Origin: an uncultured bacterium
GTDB taxonomy: Bacteria > Fermentibacterota > Fermentibacteria > Fermentibacterales > JCC-6
Assembly: GCA_964607515.1 (NCBI GenBank)
Contig: CAZSKU010000001.1
Coordinates: 62,968-126,967, forward strand
DNA length: 64,000 nt
Direction: 5' to 3'
This document shows, in pieces, positions 38,331 to 49,624 of this stretch. Positions within the stretch are counted from its first letter, which is position 1, and every line of letters begins with the position of its first letter. The position numbers and the translations under genes are program-made. A model generated the notes under the pieces. It was not told where the DNA came from. It saw nothing but the letters and a program-made list of their open reading frames with translations, and searched no databases.

Positions 38331-39503
38331 TTGACCCCGGCGCCCCTGCGAGTTCTGGACATCAACAATTTCTACAGCCCGGTGGGCGGGGGAATAAGGG
38401 TATACCACCAGGAAAAGATGCGGTGGTGCCGCGAAAACGGCGTCCAGTGCGCCCTGGTCTACCCGTCCGGCAGGAATTCCGTAACCGGTTTCGAAGGTGG
38501 AACCATGTACGGAGTGAAATCGCCTCCCCTGGCCCGGTCCGGTTACCACTTCTTTCTGCGGGGCGCCCCCCTGAGGGAGATAATCGCCTCTTACAAGCCC
38601 GACGTGGTGGAGCTGGGAAGCGGAATAGTGGTGCCCGGCATGGTCCGAAAGAGCATCCGGGGGATCCGTTCCTTCGGCTTCTACCACTCCAACTGGCCCG
38701 TGGCGCTGCCCCTGAGCGTCCTGGACATCACCGGCGGCCCGATCCCCCGGTGGTTCAGAAGGTTCGCGGTGCCCAGGATGGGCAGGGCCTACCGGGGACT
38801 CGACGCGGTGATGGGCGCCAGCGAAACCTCCCTTTCGGTGTTGCGGGAGGGGGGGGTTAAGGATCCCAGAAAGGCCCCGCTGGGGGCCCACCCGGGGGTT
38901 TTTGCCCCGAATGCCAGGTCCGGCGAACTCAGGCGGGAACTCGGGGTTGGCCCGGGCGGCAGGCTTCTGCTTTACATGGGGAGAATCGCGCCCGAGAAGG
39001 GAATCCATGTTCTGCTGGAGACGTGCCCTCTCCTCTTCCGGGAGCCGGGCACCGTGGTGGCGGTGGCGGGCCGGGGCCACTGGAGAAACCGGGTCCTTCG
39101 GGCGGAGTCCCGCTTCGGCGGCCGGCTGAAACTTCTGCCCCACGCCTCCCGGAGCGGCCGGGGGGCCGCGCTCATGGCCAGCGCCGACGCCTTCCTCTCA
39201 ATGGGTCCCTGCGACACCTTCTCCCTGGTGACCCTGGAGGCCCTCTGCTGCGGAACGCCGGTGGCGGCGTGCCGGGAGGCGGCCGCGGCGGAACTGGTGG
39301 AGGGAGCGGGAGGAGAAAGCGTCTACGGCCCGTGGAACGATCCCCATGCCCTGCGGGACGCCGTTGGGAAGGCCCTCGAGGAAACTCCGGCGAAGAAAGC
39401 TGGTTTCAGGGAGTTCGCGGAGAAGTTTACATGGGACGCCTGTTTCAGAAGGATATTTTCCATTTACGGGGAGGACTTCCGTGCCGGGCAGGCCCAGCAG
39501 TGA
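38331..39503 (+). CDS. Glycosyltransferase family 4
   Basis: NFYSPVGGGIR, YHS, GRIAPEKG, DTFSLVTLEA..CGTPV. Confidence 0.88.
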   Translation: MTPAPLRVLDINNFYSPVGGGIRVYHQEKMRWCRENGVQCALVYPSGRNSVTGFEGGTMYGVKSPPLARSGYHFFLRGAPLREIIASYKPDVVELGSGIVVPGMVRKSIRGIRSFGFYHSNWPVALPLSVLDITGGPIPRWFRRFAVPRMGRAYRGLDAVMGASETSLSVLREGGVKDPRKAPLGAHPGVFAPNARSGELRRELGVGPGGRLLLYMGRIAPEKGIHVLLETCPLLFREPGTVVAVAGRGHWRNRVLRAESRFGGRLKLLPHASRSGRGAALMASADAFLSMGPCDTFSLVTLEALCCGTPVAACREAAAAELVEGAGGESVYGPWNDPHALRDAVGKALEETPAKKAGFREFAEKFTWDACFRRIFSIYGEDFRAGQAQQ

Positions 39504-39597
39504 ACCTGTTGTGTCGTATTGCATTAACATGCATGCACTTGCCCCGGGAAAGGGAATTGCTTTATATGCTCGGGCATAGGCATGAAAGAGGTGTGAA

Positions 39598-40284
39598 ATG
39601 CTGTATCTGATGGATATCAATCCCGGGCTGCTCGTTATCGTGTTAGCCATGGTTCTGGGAATGATCGCCTCCGGGGCCGTCAGGAGCGCCTACAGGAAAT
39701 GGAGCCGGGTGCCCAATAGCCGTGGCATGTCCGGAGCGCAGATGGCCAGGGCCATTCTGGACGGCTACGGCCTGGCCCAGGTGGACGTGGAGATGACCGG
39801 CGGCACCCTGAGCGACCACTACGATCCCAGGAGTTCGACCCTCAGGCTCTCCCGGGACGTCTACGGCGGAAGCTCCGTGGCGGCCATCGGAATCGCGGCC
39901 CATGAAGCGGGCCATGCGGTGCAGCACGCCATGGGCTACTCGCCGCTGAAGGTGAGGAACACCCTGGTTCCGCTGGCCAACCTGGGTTCTCAACTGCTTT
40001 TCCCTCTGCTGGTGGGCGGGTTTTTCTTCAGAATGACCAACCTGATCTACATCGGAGCGGCCATCTACTTCGTGGCGCTGCTCTTCCACCTTTTCACCCT
40101 TCCGGTGGAGTTCAACGCGAGCGCCCGGGCGGTTGCCTGGCTGGAGAAGTCCCACGGCTTTTCGCCGGATGAGGTGGGAGGCGTCAGGAGCGTTCTCAGA
40201 GCGGCTTCTCTGACCTACGTGGCCAGCGCCCTGGCCGCCCTGGGACAGTTGGTATGGCTTCTGATGGCCGGCAGGAGGCGCTAG
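39598..40284 (+). CDS. Membrane zinc metallopeptidase (YugP/Zn_peptidase_2)
   Basis: LSDHYDP, AAHEAGHAVQH, TLPVEFNASARA, VLRAASLTYVA. Confidence 0.92.
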   Translation: MLYLMDINPGLLVIVLAMVLGMIASGAVRSAYRKWSRVPNSRGMSGAQMARAILDGYGLAQVDVEMTGGTLSDHYDPRSSTLRLSRDVYGGSSVAAIGIAAHEAGHAVQHAMGYSPLKVRNTLVPLANLGSQLLFPLLVGGFFFRMTNLIYIGAAIYFVALLFHLFTLPVEFNASARAVAWLEKSHGFSPDEVGGVRSVLRAASLTYVASALAALGQLVWLLMAGRRR

Positions 40285-40907
40285 TGCTGCTGGAAACTCC
40301 TCTGGTTCTGGTTCTGATTTTCTTCAGCGTTGTGTGCCACGAGATTTCCCACGGCCTGGCGGCCTGGAAACTGGGCGACCCCACCGCCTGGCGGATGGGA
40401 AGGCTCTCGTTCAACCCCATGGTGCACATAGACATCTTCGGGACCATCCTTCTTCCCCTGTTCCTCCTTCTCATGGGGAGTAGGTTCCTCTTCGCATGGG
40501 CGAAACCCGTGCCCGTCAATCCGGCCTACTTCAGGAACAGGAAGCGGGGCATGATGCTGGTGGCCGCCGCGGGCCCCGCCACTAACCTGACCCTGGCGGT
40601 GCTGATGAGCCTGCTGCTGAAACTGGGCGGAGGAGTGATGCCCGGTTTTCTGGCCCGAGCCATTGCCACCACCGCCCTGATGAACGTGATTCTGATGGCT
40701 TTCAACCTGATTCCCATCCCGCCTCTGGACGGCAGCAGGATTGTGGCCAACTTCCTCAGGGGAAGCCTCTACTGGAACTACATGCGCCTGGAGCGGTACG
40801 GAATGATGATCGTATTCGGCCTGCTTTTCCTGGGGGTCATCTCGAGGCTTCTGTACCCCGTGATGGTACTGGGAATAAGGTTTCTGGGAATAACGCCCTA
40901 TTTTTAG
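40284..40907 (+). CDS. Site-2 protease (M50)
   Basis: HEISHG, GDPTA, WAKPVPVNP, AAAGP..NL, FNLIPIPPLDG; GTG start overlaps the upstream TAG. Confidence 0.92.
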   Translation: MLLETPLVLVLIFFSVVCHEISHGLAAWKLGDPTAWRMGRLSFNPMVHIDIFGTILLPLFLLLMGSRFLFAWAKPVPVNPAYFRNRKRGMMLVAAAGPATNLTLAVLMSLLLKLGGGVMPGFLARAIATTALMNVILMAFNLIPIPPLDGSRIVANFLRGSLYWNYMRLERYGMMIVFGLLFLGVISRLLYPVMVLGIRFLGITPYF

Positions 40908-40930
40908 CCCTCCGGGGAAAGGAACACGAA

Positions 40931-42388
40931 ATGCTCAATATCGTACTGGCGCTTCTAGTCCCGGGGGTGTACGACTACACTCCCCTGACCAGAAACCTCG
41001 ACCCGGACTACACGCCGGAAACCATGGAGGACTACCTTCGGTACAGACCCTCTTTCGAACCCCTGAGGGTCACACCCCTGGGCGGGGGATACCGGGGCTC
41101 CCAGTTCCTGGTGGTCCTGTCGGAAGCCATGGCGGACAGCCTGGACCAGGCAGTCATGGACCAGTGGGTCGCCGATATTCAGGAAACCGGCCTTGAAACC
41201 GGTGTCGTGGAGATCACGTGGAGCACCCCCGAGGAGATTCGGGCCTGGCTTTCCGAAATGCATGCCGAAGGGCTTCAGGGGGTGGTTCTGGTGGGGGACG
41301 TCCCTACCGCATGGGCCGCCCTGGAGGACTACGCCGACAACCGCTCGAATGAAACCTTTCCCACCGACTATTTCTACTGGGACCTGGACGGGGAGTGGCT
41401 GGACCAGTGGACCGGCTACCCATCCGGCGGGGTCCCGGGCCCCGACGGCATCTACGACGGCTGGCAGGGAGACCTGATCCCCGAGATCTACGTGGGCAGG
41501 ATCCTGACCAGCGTCATCCTGTACGGCAACCAGTTCGAGCTGGTCGAGAACTATCTGACCAGACTCCACCAGTGGAGGCTCGAGGGGGATCCCGACCCCC
41601 ATGCACTGTGCTACGTGGACGACGACTGGAGCGGATGGGGCCAGGGCTACAAGAACGCCATGAACCTCCTGTATCCCGATGTGGAGCTGGTGAATCAGGT
41701 GGACTCCACCAACGGGACAGATTACCGTTTCAACAGACTTCCCGCGGGGTACACCTGGATAAGCCCCTTCGTCCATTCAAGCCCTGTCGTGCACCAGTGG
41801 AGCCCCGGTCCCAGCACCACCAGCGGCCACATCTGGACCGACCAGCCCCCCAGCCGTTTCTACAACCTCTTCGCCTGTTCCAACTGCCGGTTCACCAGCG
41901 ACTGGTGCATGGGGTGCGTGTACGTTTTCGGCACCCAGACCGGGCTTGCGGCGGTGGGCAGCACCAAGAGCGGCGCCATGCTGCAGTTCAACCAGTTCTA
42001 CGGCCCGCTGGGCCAGGGCGGCACCTTCGGAACGGCAATGTTCCAGTGGTGGGAGTACATTCAGCAGGGAGGCTTCACTCCGGTGGAAATGTACTGGCAC
42101 ATGGGAATGACCCTGCTGGGGGATCCCACAATAGTCCCTGCCATGCACTTCCTGGGTACCGGCGAACAGACCCCCGAACCCGCCCGACTCACTCTCGGCC
42201 CCAATCCATGCCCAGGAACCGTTTTCATCACCGGTCCCGGTGCCATAACGGTGCTGGATCTGGCGGGCAGAACCGTGGCCCGGGGTGAGAACTCTCTTAC
42301 CATCAACGGGCTGGCACCGGGGCTCTACCTGGTCAGGGCGGGCGAGGGGCCGGAAACCCAGACCGGCAGGTTCACCGTAATCCGATGA
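40931..42388 (+). CDS. Peptidase C25 (gingipain)-like secreted protein with T9SS-like tail
   Basis: VLVGDVP, TDYFY.DLDG, YVGRI, putative His (VHSS) and Cys (FACS) dyad, LLGDP; tail PNP..VLDLAGRTV..GLYLVR. Confidence 0.8.
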   Translation: MLNIVLALLVPGVYDYTPLTRNLDPDYTPETMEDYLRYRPSFEPLRVTPLGGGYRGSQFLVVLSEAMADSLDQAVMDQWVADIQETGLETGVVEITWSTPEEIRAWLSEMHAEGLQGVVLVGDVPTAWAALEDYADNRSNETFPTDYFYWDLDGEWLDQWTGYPSGGVPGPDGIYDGWQGDLIPEIYVGRILTSVILYGNQFELVENYLTRLHQWRLEGDPDPHALCYVDDDWSGWGQGYKNAMNLLYPDVELVNQVDSTNGTDYRFNRLPAGYTWISPFVHSSPVVHQWSPGPSTTSGHIWTDQPPSRFYNLFACSNCRFTSDWCMGCVYVFGTQTGLAAVGSTKSGAMLQFNQFYGPLGQGGTFGTAMFQWWEYIQQGGFTPVEMYWHMGMTLLGDPTIVPAMHFLGTGEQTPEPARLTLGPNPCPGTVFITGPGAITVLDLAGRTVARGENSLTINGLAPGLYLVRAGEGPETQTGRFTVIR

Positions 42389-44135
42389 ATGTCTCAACCT
42401 TGTCCCGGTAGATTTCCGGGATCAGGGAAGAGTATTCACGGTACAGGGTAAGCGCATCCGCCATAAACAGGGCTCTTCCGGGATCCGGGGCGTTGTGCGC
42501 CGTTATCACCGCCCTGGAGAAGAGCTCTCCGGCGAGCCCTGGGTCGGATCCGATGAGGCTCTCCGCCAGGGAAAGGATTCGGCGGGCTATCTCCGGGTAG
42601 GATTCCAGCTCCGTTCCCGGAAACAGCTCCGTCCATGGCACGTCCCGGGCCAGGGCTTCTCCCATGGTTCTCAGCGTGTCCCCGGAACCTCCCGAGCCGG
42701 GAGCCCCGTTCAGGGCGTACAGCAACCGGTTCGCATGACCCGCGGGCGCCAGCATGAAGGCCCTTCTCCATGCGGAAACCGCTTCGTCATCCCTGCCCAG
42801 GGTTCCCATGACCGCCCCTTCCAACTCCCAGCCGCCGTGGTACGAAGGGTACAGGCCGATGAATTCCGCGGAGTACCGGGATGACTCCAGGGGATGGCCC
42901 GACCTGAGCCAGCCCCATCCCGCCTGAAGCCAGGCTCTTTCCTCGAAGGGAATCAGCCTGCACGCCTCCCCGGGGTCGCCGTTGCCCATGGCCATCGCCC
43001 TGTACCCGGCCGTCACCGTGATCCCCCAGTAGAGGGAGCCTCCCAGGAGCGCCAGCGGCGCTGCCAGGGGGATCCTGATACTTCTGCCTGGAACCAGACA
43101 GCCCCCCAGAACAAGCGCGGCGGGCAGGGCCCCCAGGGGGGTGGCCAGGGGAAGATCCCCGGTGAAGATCACCCAGAAGCAGCACAGGAGCGCCGCGGAC
43201 AGGGGATCGTGACGGCTGCCTGAAATCCAGCCGAAAAAAAGCGCCAGCATCATCGCTCCCGCGGCTCCGGAACCGGTCAGAAGTTCCAGTGGTTCGGAGT
43301 GCAGGAAGTCCACCCTTCTCTCCGGACCCGCAAGACTCTGGAGTTCTTCACCGCCCCGGGTGTAGATCGAAAGTCTGGCCCGTCCCGTGCCGGTTCCCCA
43401 GGGAAAGGTCTCGAGGAACATGGTTCCGGAGGTTCTCCAGATCACGGATCTGAGCCCCAGGGTTGGGAAGTTCATCCTCAGGGTTCCCGGAAGCAGACAG
43501 AAGGCTGTCTGCCCGGCCAGCATGGCCGCGATGAACAGGCCCGGGCGGGGTGCCCATCTTCGTCCGGCCGCCAGAACCAGCAGACCCATGGCCGCCGCCA
43601 GCCAGGACGTATAGAAGCCGGATACCGCCAGACCGGGAAGGATGAGCCCCGCCTGCACGAAAGCCAGGGCTTTTCTTTTCTCGGCGGCGGAAGCTACGAT
43701 TCCCAGCGCCAGAGCCATGCCGGCCCTGTTGGGATTCCCGCTCAGGGCGTCCGGACCGAACACAGCCATATGTATGGAAAGCAGAGCGGCCGCCCAGGCC
43801 AGGCCGCGAAGGTGGTTTCCGAATCCCCACCGGGCAATGGTTCCCCCGAACCCCGCCGCCATCATTCCGAAGGATGCCCAGCGGACCGCCTGGGGTATTC
43901 CGGGAAGCGGAGAACCCTGGACGAAAAGCCATGCCATGGGAACCAGGGCCATGAGAGCGCCGGCAACCAGGTGGTTTCTGCCGACGAAACCCCTTCCCGC
44001 GGTCAGCAGAGCGGCCCCCAGGGCGGGGTACACCGCGAGCCTGGACATCATGGTGGAGTCGAACAGCCCCGGGAACACCGCCAGGGCTGCCAGTGCGAAG
44101 GGTACTCCGAAGGCCGCGGCGCCGGCGGGGATCAA
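42372..44135 (-). CDS. O-antigen ligase / O-oligosaccharyltransferase-like membrane protein with helical C-terminus
   Basis: About 12 TM segments, GNPNRAG, R..IW, PWGTGTG, FLHSEPLE (conserved His loop of the Wzy_C family). TTG start overlaps the upstream TGA. Confidence 0.7.
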   Translation of the reverse strand: MIPAGAAAFGVPFALAALAVFPGLFDSTMMSRLAVYPALGAALLTAGRGFVGRNHLVAGALMALVPMAWLFVQGSPLPGIPQAVRWASFGMMAAGFGGTIARWGFGNHLRGLAWAAALLSIHMAVFGPDALSGNPNRAGMALALGIVASAAEKRKALAFVQAGLILPGLAVSGFYTSWLAAAMGLLVLAAGRRWAPRPGLFIAAMLAGQTAFCLLPGTLRMNFPTLGLRSVIWRTSGTMFLETFPWGTGTGRARLSIYTRGGEELQSLAGPERRVDFLHSEPLELLTGSGAAGAMMLALFFGWISGSRHDPLSAALLCCFWVIFTGDLPLATPLGALPAALVLGGCLVPGRSIRIPLAAPLALLGGSLYWGITVTAGYRAMAMGNGDPGEACRLIPFEERAWLQAGWGWLRSGHPLESSRYSAEFIGLYPSYHGGWELEGAVMGTLGRDDEAVSAWRRAFMLAPAGHANRLLYALNGAPGSGGSGDTLRTMGEALARDVPWTELFPGTELESYPEIARRILSLAESLIGSDPGLAGELFSRAVITAHNAPDPGRALFMADALTLYREYSSLIPEIYRDKVETFIGLR

Positions 44136-45679
44136 GGGTCCAGCCAGAGCGCCGGATCCGCTGGCAGTCTGCTGAGAAGGCCGGTATTGATCTCCAGGCC
44201 GGCCTCCCGTTCCAGCGCGCCTATCCAGGCCTGCAGCTCCTGCTCCTCCAGCCGCGCCCTGATCCGGGCCTCCAGCCATCCCCTGGCGTCCTGCAGGGTA
44301 GCCTGTTCCCCGGGAAGCACCCGGACCGTGCGGTAGACCATCATGGATCCCATCTGGGTCTCCATGGGACCGTACCAGGCAAGGGTGTCCAGGGGGTCCG
44401 CCGAGAAGACGATGCCTCCCATGGCCTCGGGCACCCGGTCGGCGGTCACCGGCAGGGATACCAGCGAGCCGGTGTCGAAGCCCTCGTAGTTTGAGTAGGG
44501 TTGGAGAAGCCGTCGGAGTTCATCCCGGTCTCCCGAGACCAGAGCTGATCGCACCTCTCCGGTCATGTCCGCCGGCGCATAGCCCATCTCGAGCACTCTC
44601 CGCTGGGGAAGGAGGAGCGGTTCGGCAAGGGATTCGAATTCCGCCTCTATCATCGAATCGGTGACGTTAACCGAAGCGCTCACTCTCTGATCGTACAGGG
44701 CCTCCAGGGCCGCTTCCCTGGCGAAGGCTTCAGCTTCGCGGTGAATTTCACCGGACTCTTCGGGCCATCGCTGCCGGAAAAGTTCAGCGCCGGCCTCCAG
44801 CCTCACCAGGTTGCCGACGAAGTGGAGAAGCCATTCCGGGGAAGCCGGCGACACCGGCGTGCTCAGGGAGGAGAAGGATATTTCCCACCGAAGGTCCTCC
44901 GGGTCGAGGGCGAGCAGTGGACTTCGCATCACGGTGTCTCCCGGAGACGGTTCACCGCCGCCGGCCAGGAAGACCACCAGCGATGTATCCACCCTCGTGC
45001 CGGCCAGGGCAAGGGCTTCCGCTCCTTGAACGATCCGGATGGCCTCCGAGGAAGAGAGCCTGGAGACCGCAAGCCTGCTGATGTACGCGGTGTCCGCAAG
45101 GGATTCCGCCAGCAGGGTGCTGTCGGTGGCCAGCATCGAGTCCAGCATGAAGGTTCCCGTGTCGCAGGATACCCGCTCGCCCGGGGAGGCCTCCGACAAT
45201 GCCAGCGCCAGGTCCCTGGGGAGTTCCGGAAGATGCAGGGGACCCCGGGAGACACCGGTGGACTGGTCCGTGAACCAGACGGTGCGGCCCATGTGTTCTC
45301 TGAAGAAACTGATGTCGTCATCCCCGCACTCCCTGGCCAGGACTGCGGGCAGGGAGTCGGACAGGGCCAGGAACAGTGCGGAGCGGGCCCAGGCCCTCCG
45401 GTACACCCTTATCCTCGAAGACTCATGGATTCCCGATGCGTCCAGTTCCCGGTTCAGAATGAGTTTCCTGCCCAGGGCCTGCAGGAAGGACATGGCCGGC
45501 TCCTCCTTCCCCAGGAAGACCGCCCGGTTCTCCTGCTCAAGTGTCATCCAGGATTCCCCTGCCTCCCTGACGGTCAGGGTGTCCGTGCAGGTCCTCACCA
45601 GCCAGTCGTCGCCGTCCGGGGAACCGCAGCAAGCCAGCAGCAGAAGGGCCGTTGCGGGGAGCATGAACATCTTGAGCAT
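44132..45679 (-). CDS. Lipoprotein, SurA/PrsA-like foldase-type
   Basis: Lipobox LACC; VTDSMIEAEF, YGPMET..G, ATLQDARGWL...L..Q.L..WI..L resemble the PrsA/PpiD scaffold. Catalytic rotamase motifs are weak. Confidence 0.55.
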   Translation of the reverse strand: MLKMFMLPATALLLLACCGSPDGDDWLVRTCTDTLTVREAGESWMTLEQENRAVFLGKEEPAMSFLQALGRKLILNRELDASGIHESSRIRVYRRAWARSALFLALSDSLPAVLARECGDDDISFFREHMGRTVWFTDQSTGVSRGPLHLPELPRDLALALSEASPGERVSCDTGTFMLDSMLATDSTLLAESLADTAYISRLAVSRLSSSEAIRIVQGAEALALAGTRVDTSLVVFLAGGGEPSPGDTVMRSPLLALDPEDLRWEISFSSLSTPVSPASPEWLLHFVGNLVRLEAGAELFRQRWPEESGEIHREAEAFAREAALEALYDQRVSASVNVTDSMIEAEFESLAEPLLLPQRRVLEMGYAPADMTGEVRSALVSGDRDELRRLLQPYSNYEGFDTGSLVSLPVTADRVPEAMGGIVFSADPLDTLAWYGPMETQMGSMMVYRTVRVLPGEQATLQDARGWLEARIRARLEEQELQAWIGALEREAGLEINTGLLSRLPADPALWLDP

Positions 45680-45709
45680 TTTTCAGCCTTTCGATCCGAG
45701 CCTGTCAAC

Positions 45710-45735
45710 AGGAAGGCCCCCGAGGGGGCCTTCCT
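45710..45735 (-). terminator. Terminator-like hairpin after the 45756-46598 gene
   Basis: Perfect 11-bp stem AGGAAGGCCCC/GGGGCCTTCCT with a 4-nt loop; the U-tail is short. Confidence 0.6.
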
Positions 45736-45755
45736 TATCCGGGGCGTGAATGATG

Positions 45756-46598
45756 CTAGAAGACGGCCTTGATGGCGCCCCAGGTTTCCCGGGTGAGGGC
45801 CTCGGGATTGACGTCGTAAGCGAGCATGGTGTCGGGAGTGCCCTGGTTGAAGACCCAGAGGATGTTGATCGGGGTCTCGGAACCCATGCAGGCGCCGCCG
45901 TACGTGCCGCCGCTCACAAGAACATGGTTCTCGATGAGGGCGCCGCTGGCGTCGATCTGGGCGACGATGCCCGAGGCGTTGGCGCTGGTGACCCACATGC
46001 AGTTGTTCATCTCATCCCAGGCCGCGCCGTACACGCTGGTGGCCGCGGTGGACCAGGTGGTGCTGGTGGCGGTGGAGCCGCTTACCCCGTTCCAGGTGAG
46101 CCGGTAGACCTCGGAGCCGAAATTGCCGGTGTAGAAGTAGGTGCCGTCCCATGCGAGAGCCCTGTTTGGGTTCTGGGGGCCGATGAAGGCTCCGACCTTC
46201 AGGTGGGTGCCGATGTCGTAGTAGTCGATGGCGGTGGTTACACTGCCGTACATGTAGGTGCCGTCGCAGGTCAGGTCCCGAAGGCCCCAGCCCGGGGCGG
46301 TGTTCTGGTTGAAGGACTCCACGAAGGTTCCGTCCTCCTCGAAGAGGAGAAAGACACCGGTAGGCTGGCCGGCCTGGCCGGCGCCGTTGGTCACCCAGAG
46401 GTAGGTGCCGTCGAAACCGCACCCTACGCTGTAGGCGTTGCCGGCCTGGGCCTCAACGTTGATGCTGCCGATCTGCTCCAGCCAGGTGTCGGTTCCCTGA
46501 GGCTGTACTCCCACCTGGGGAGCCATGTCAGTGTTGGCAAATGCGAACGCCGCCATGATCAGAACGGTGAAAAGCAGTTTCATTGCATCTCCTTTCAT
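45756..46598 (-). CDS. Secreted beta-propeller-like protein with C-terminal TWGAIKAVF tail
   Basis: Signal peptide (AFA), repeats FDGTYLWV / CDGTYMY / WDGTYFY / WDEMNNCMWV, strong codon bias, monocistronic. Confidence 0.8.
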   Translation of the reverse strand: MKGDAMKLLFTVLIMAAFAFANTDMAPQVGVQPQGTDTWLEQIGSINVEAQAGNAYSVGCGFDGTYLWVTNGAGQAGQPTGVFLLFEEDGTFVESFNQNTAPGWGLRDLTCDGTYMYGSVTTAIDYYDIGTHLKVGAFIGPQNPNRALAWDGTYFYTGNFGSEVYRLTWNGVSGSTATSTTWSTAATSVYGAAWDEMNNCMWVTSANASGIVAQIDASGALIENHVLVSGGTYGGACMGSETPINILWVFNQGTPDTMLAYDVNPEALTRETWGAIKAVF

Positions 46599-46624
46599 GC
46601 GAATTTCCCCGACATCGCTTAATA

Positions 46625-46653
46625 TCTATATGACCCTGCCCGGGGCCTGTCAA
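46625..46653 (-). promoter_or_regulatory. sigma70-type promoter
   Basis: On the minus strand: TTGACA, 17 nt spacer, TATAGA; upstream of the 46598 gene. Confidence 0.6.
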
Positions 46654-46741
46654 CTTATCGGGAGCGCTTTTCTCAGGGCCTTGCGTTTTTCCGGGAATTT
46701 CACATCATGAACATGTTGGCGGTTTACCGGGGGAGGAAACG

Positions 46742-47946
46742 ATGCGTCGTTTTCATCGGGACTTCCACCTTCTCTTCTTCATGCTGACGTTGCTTCCGAT
46801 GCACCCAGGTTCCGCCCGGGGATCTGGAACCGTGGTGGGCTGGGGATTGAACCTGGACGGCCAGTGTTGTCCATCCTGGTCGGACAGCTGCTTTGCCGCC
46901 GTTTCCGCCGGGGGTTTCCACAGCCTGGGGCTTCGGGAGGACGGGTCCGTGCAGGCCTGGGGAAACAACGACTTCGGCCAGTGCGAAGTGCCGCCGGGTA
47001 TCGCCGCCACGGCCGTGGCCGGGGGGAACTTTCACAGCATGGCGCTGCTCTCCGACGGAAGCATCGTCGTCTGGGGCAATGAGGGGGCCGGAGTCAGCGA
47101 CGTTCCGGAGCCGAACTCGGGCTTTACCGCCATAGCCGCCGGCGGCGGTCACTGTCTGGCCCTCAGGGAGGACTCCACCGTGGAGGCTTGGGGGAACAAC
47201 TGCTTCGGCCAGTGCTCAGTTCCTGAGCCCAATCAGGGTTTTACCGGGATTGCGGCGGGCAATTTCCACAGCCTTGCCCTCAGGGCCGACGGCAGTGTGG
47301 TGGGGTGGGGGGAAGACGGCGAGGGCCAGTGCCGTCCTCCGGAACCCAACAACGGTTTCACATCAATCTCCGCCGGCGGCCTGCACAGCGTCGGGCTGAG
47401 ACAGGACTCCTCCATCGCCGCCTGGGGTTACGATTTCTGGGGGCAGTGCCAGGTGCCCGAACCGAACAGCGGATTCATCCGCCAGGACGCCGGGGGCAAG
47501 CACACCCTCGGTCTCCGGAGCGACGGAACCGTGGAGGCCTGGGGTTACGACAACTGGGGCCAGTGCCGGGTGCCGGAGCCGAACTCGGGTTTCGTCTCCG
47601 TCTCCGCCGGAGCCTTCCACAGCCTGGGGCTGAGGGAATTTCTGGATGTTCCCGGCCCCGTTCCCGCCTCCGGCATGACGCTGTGGCCTAATCCATGGTG
47701 CTGCGTGCTGCACGTGGCGCTGGGGCCCGGATTCGGCCCGGGAACCACGGTCACCATTTTCGACCTGGCCGGAAGGGAGGTGGCCCGGCTTCAGCCGGAA
47801 GTCACCGGAGCGGAAGGATCGGAGGTGGTCTGGAACGGGTCCGGCGCCCGGAATCGTTACCCGGGCGCCGGGATATTCATCGTAAGGGCGGTGTGCGGTG
47901 AAGTATCGGCACTCTCCAGGACCGTATTCCTCGGGGAAGCCGTTCC

Positions 47947-47950
<4 letters not shown>
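46742..47950 (+). CDS. Secreted RCC1-repeat protein with T9SS/FlgD-like tail
   Basis: GGAGG RBS, signal peptide, repeats of AG.FHSL.LR.DG.V.AWG.N..GQC.VP; tail PNPW...[10 protein letters not shown]...VWNG...GIFIVR. Confidence 0.9.
46820..47640 (+). repeat. About seven tandem ~120-bp (40-aa) RCC1 coding repeats
   Basis: Recurrent GGCCAGTG...CCGGAGCCGAAC / CCCAAT / CCGAAC units at roughly 120-bp period; boundaries approximate. Confidence 0.7.
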
Positions 47951-49608
<1,658 letters not shown>

Positions 49609-49624
49609 GGGATGTCTCCTCCAG

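Noticed and set aside
36720-39143. 807-aa ORF on the minus strand
   Set aside because: Antisense shadow of metG and the GT4 gene; no motifs, typical of high-GC sequence.
39504-39597. Promoter motifs in the AT-rich gap before the zinc peptidase
   Set aside because: GG-N10-GC lacks TGGCA, and the sigma70-like boxes match poorly; not supportable.
46820-47640. Periodic repeats as a CRISPR array or DGR template/variable repeat
   Set aside because: They are degenerate in-frame 120-bp RCC1 coding repeats, with no constant repeat-spacer pattern, cas gene or reverse transcriptase.
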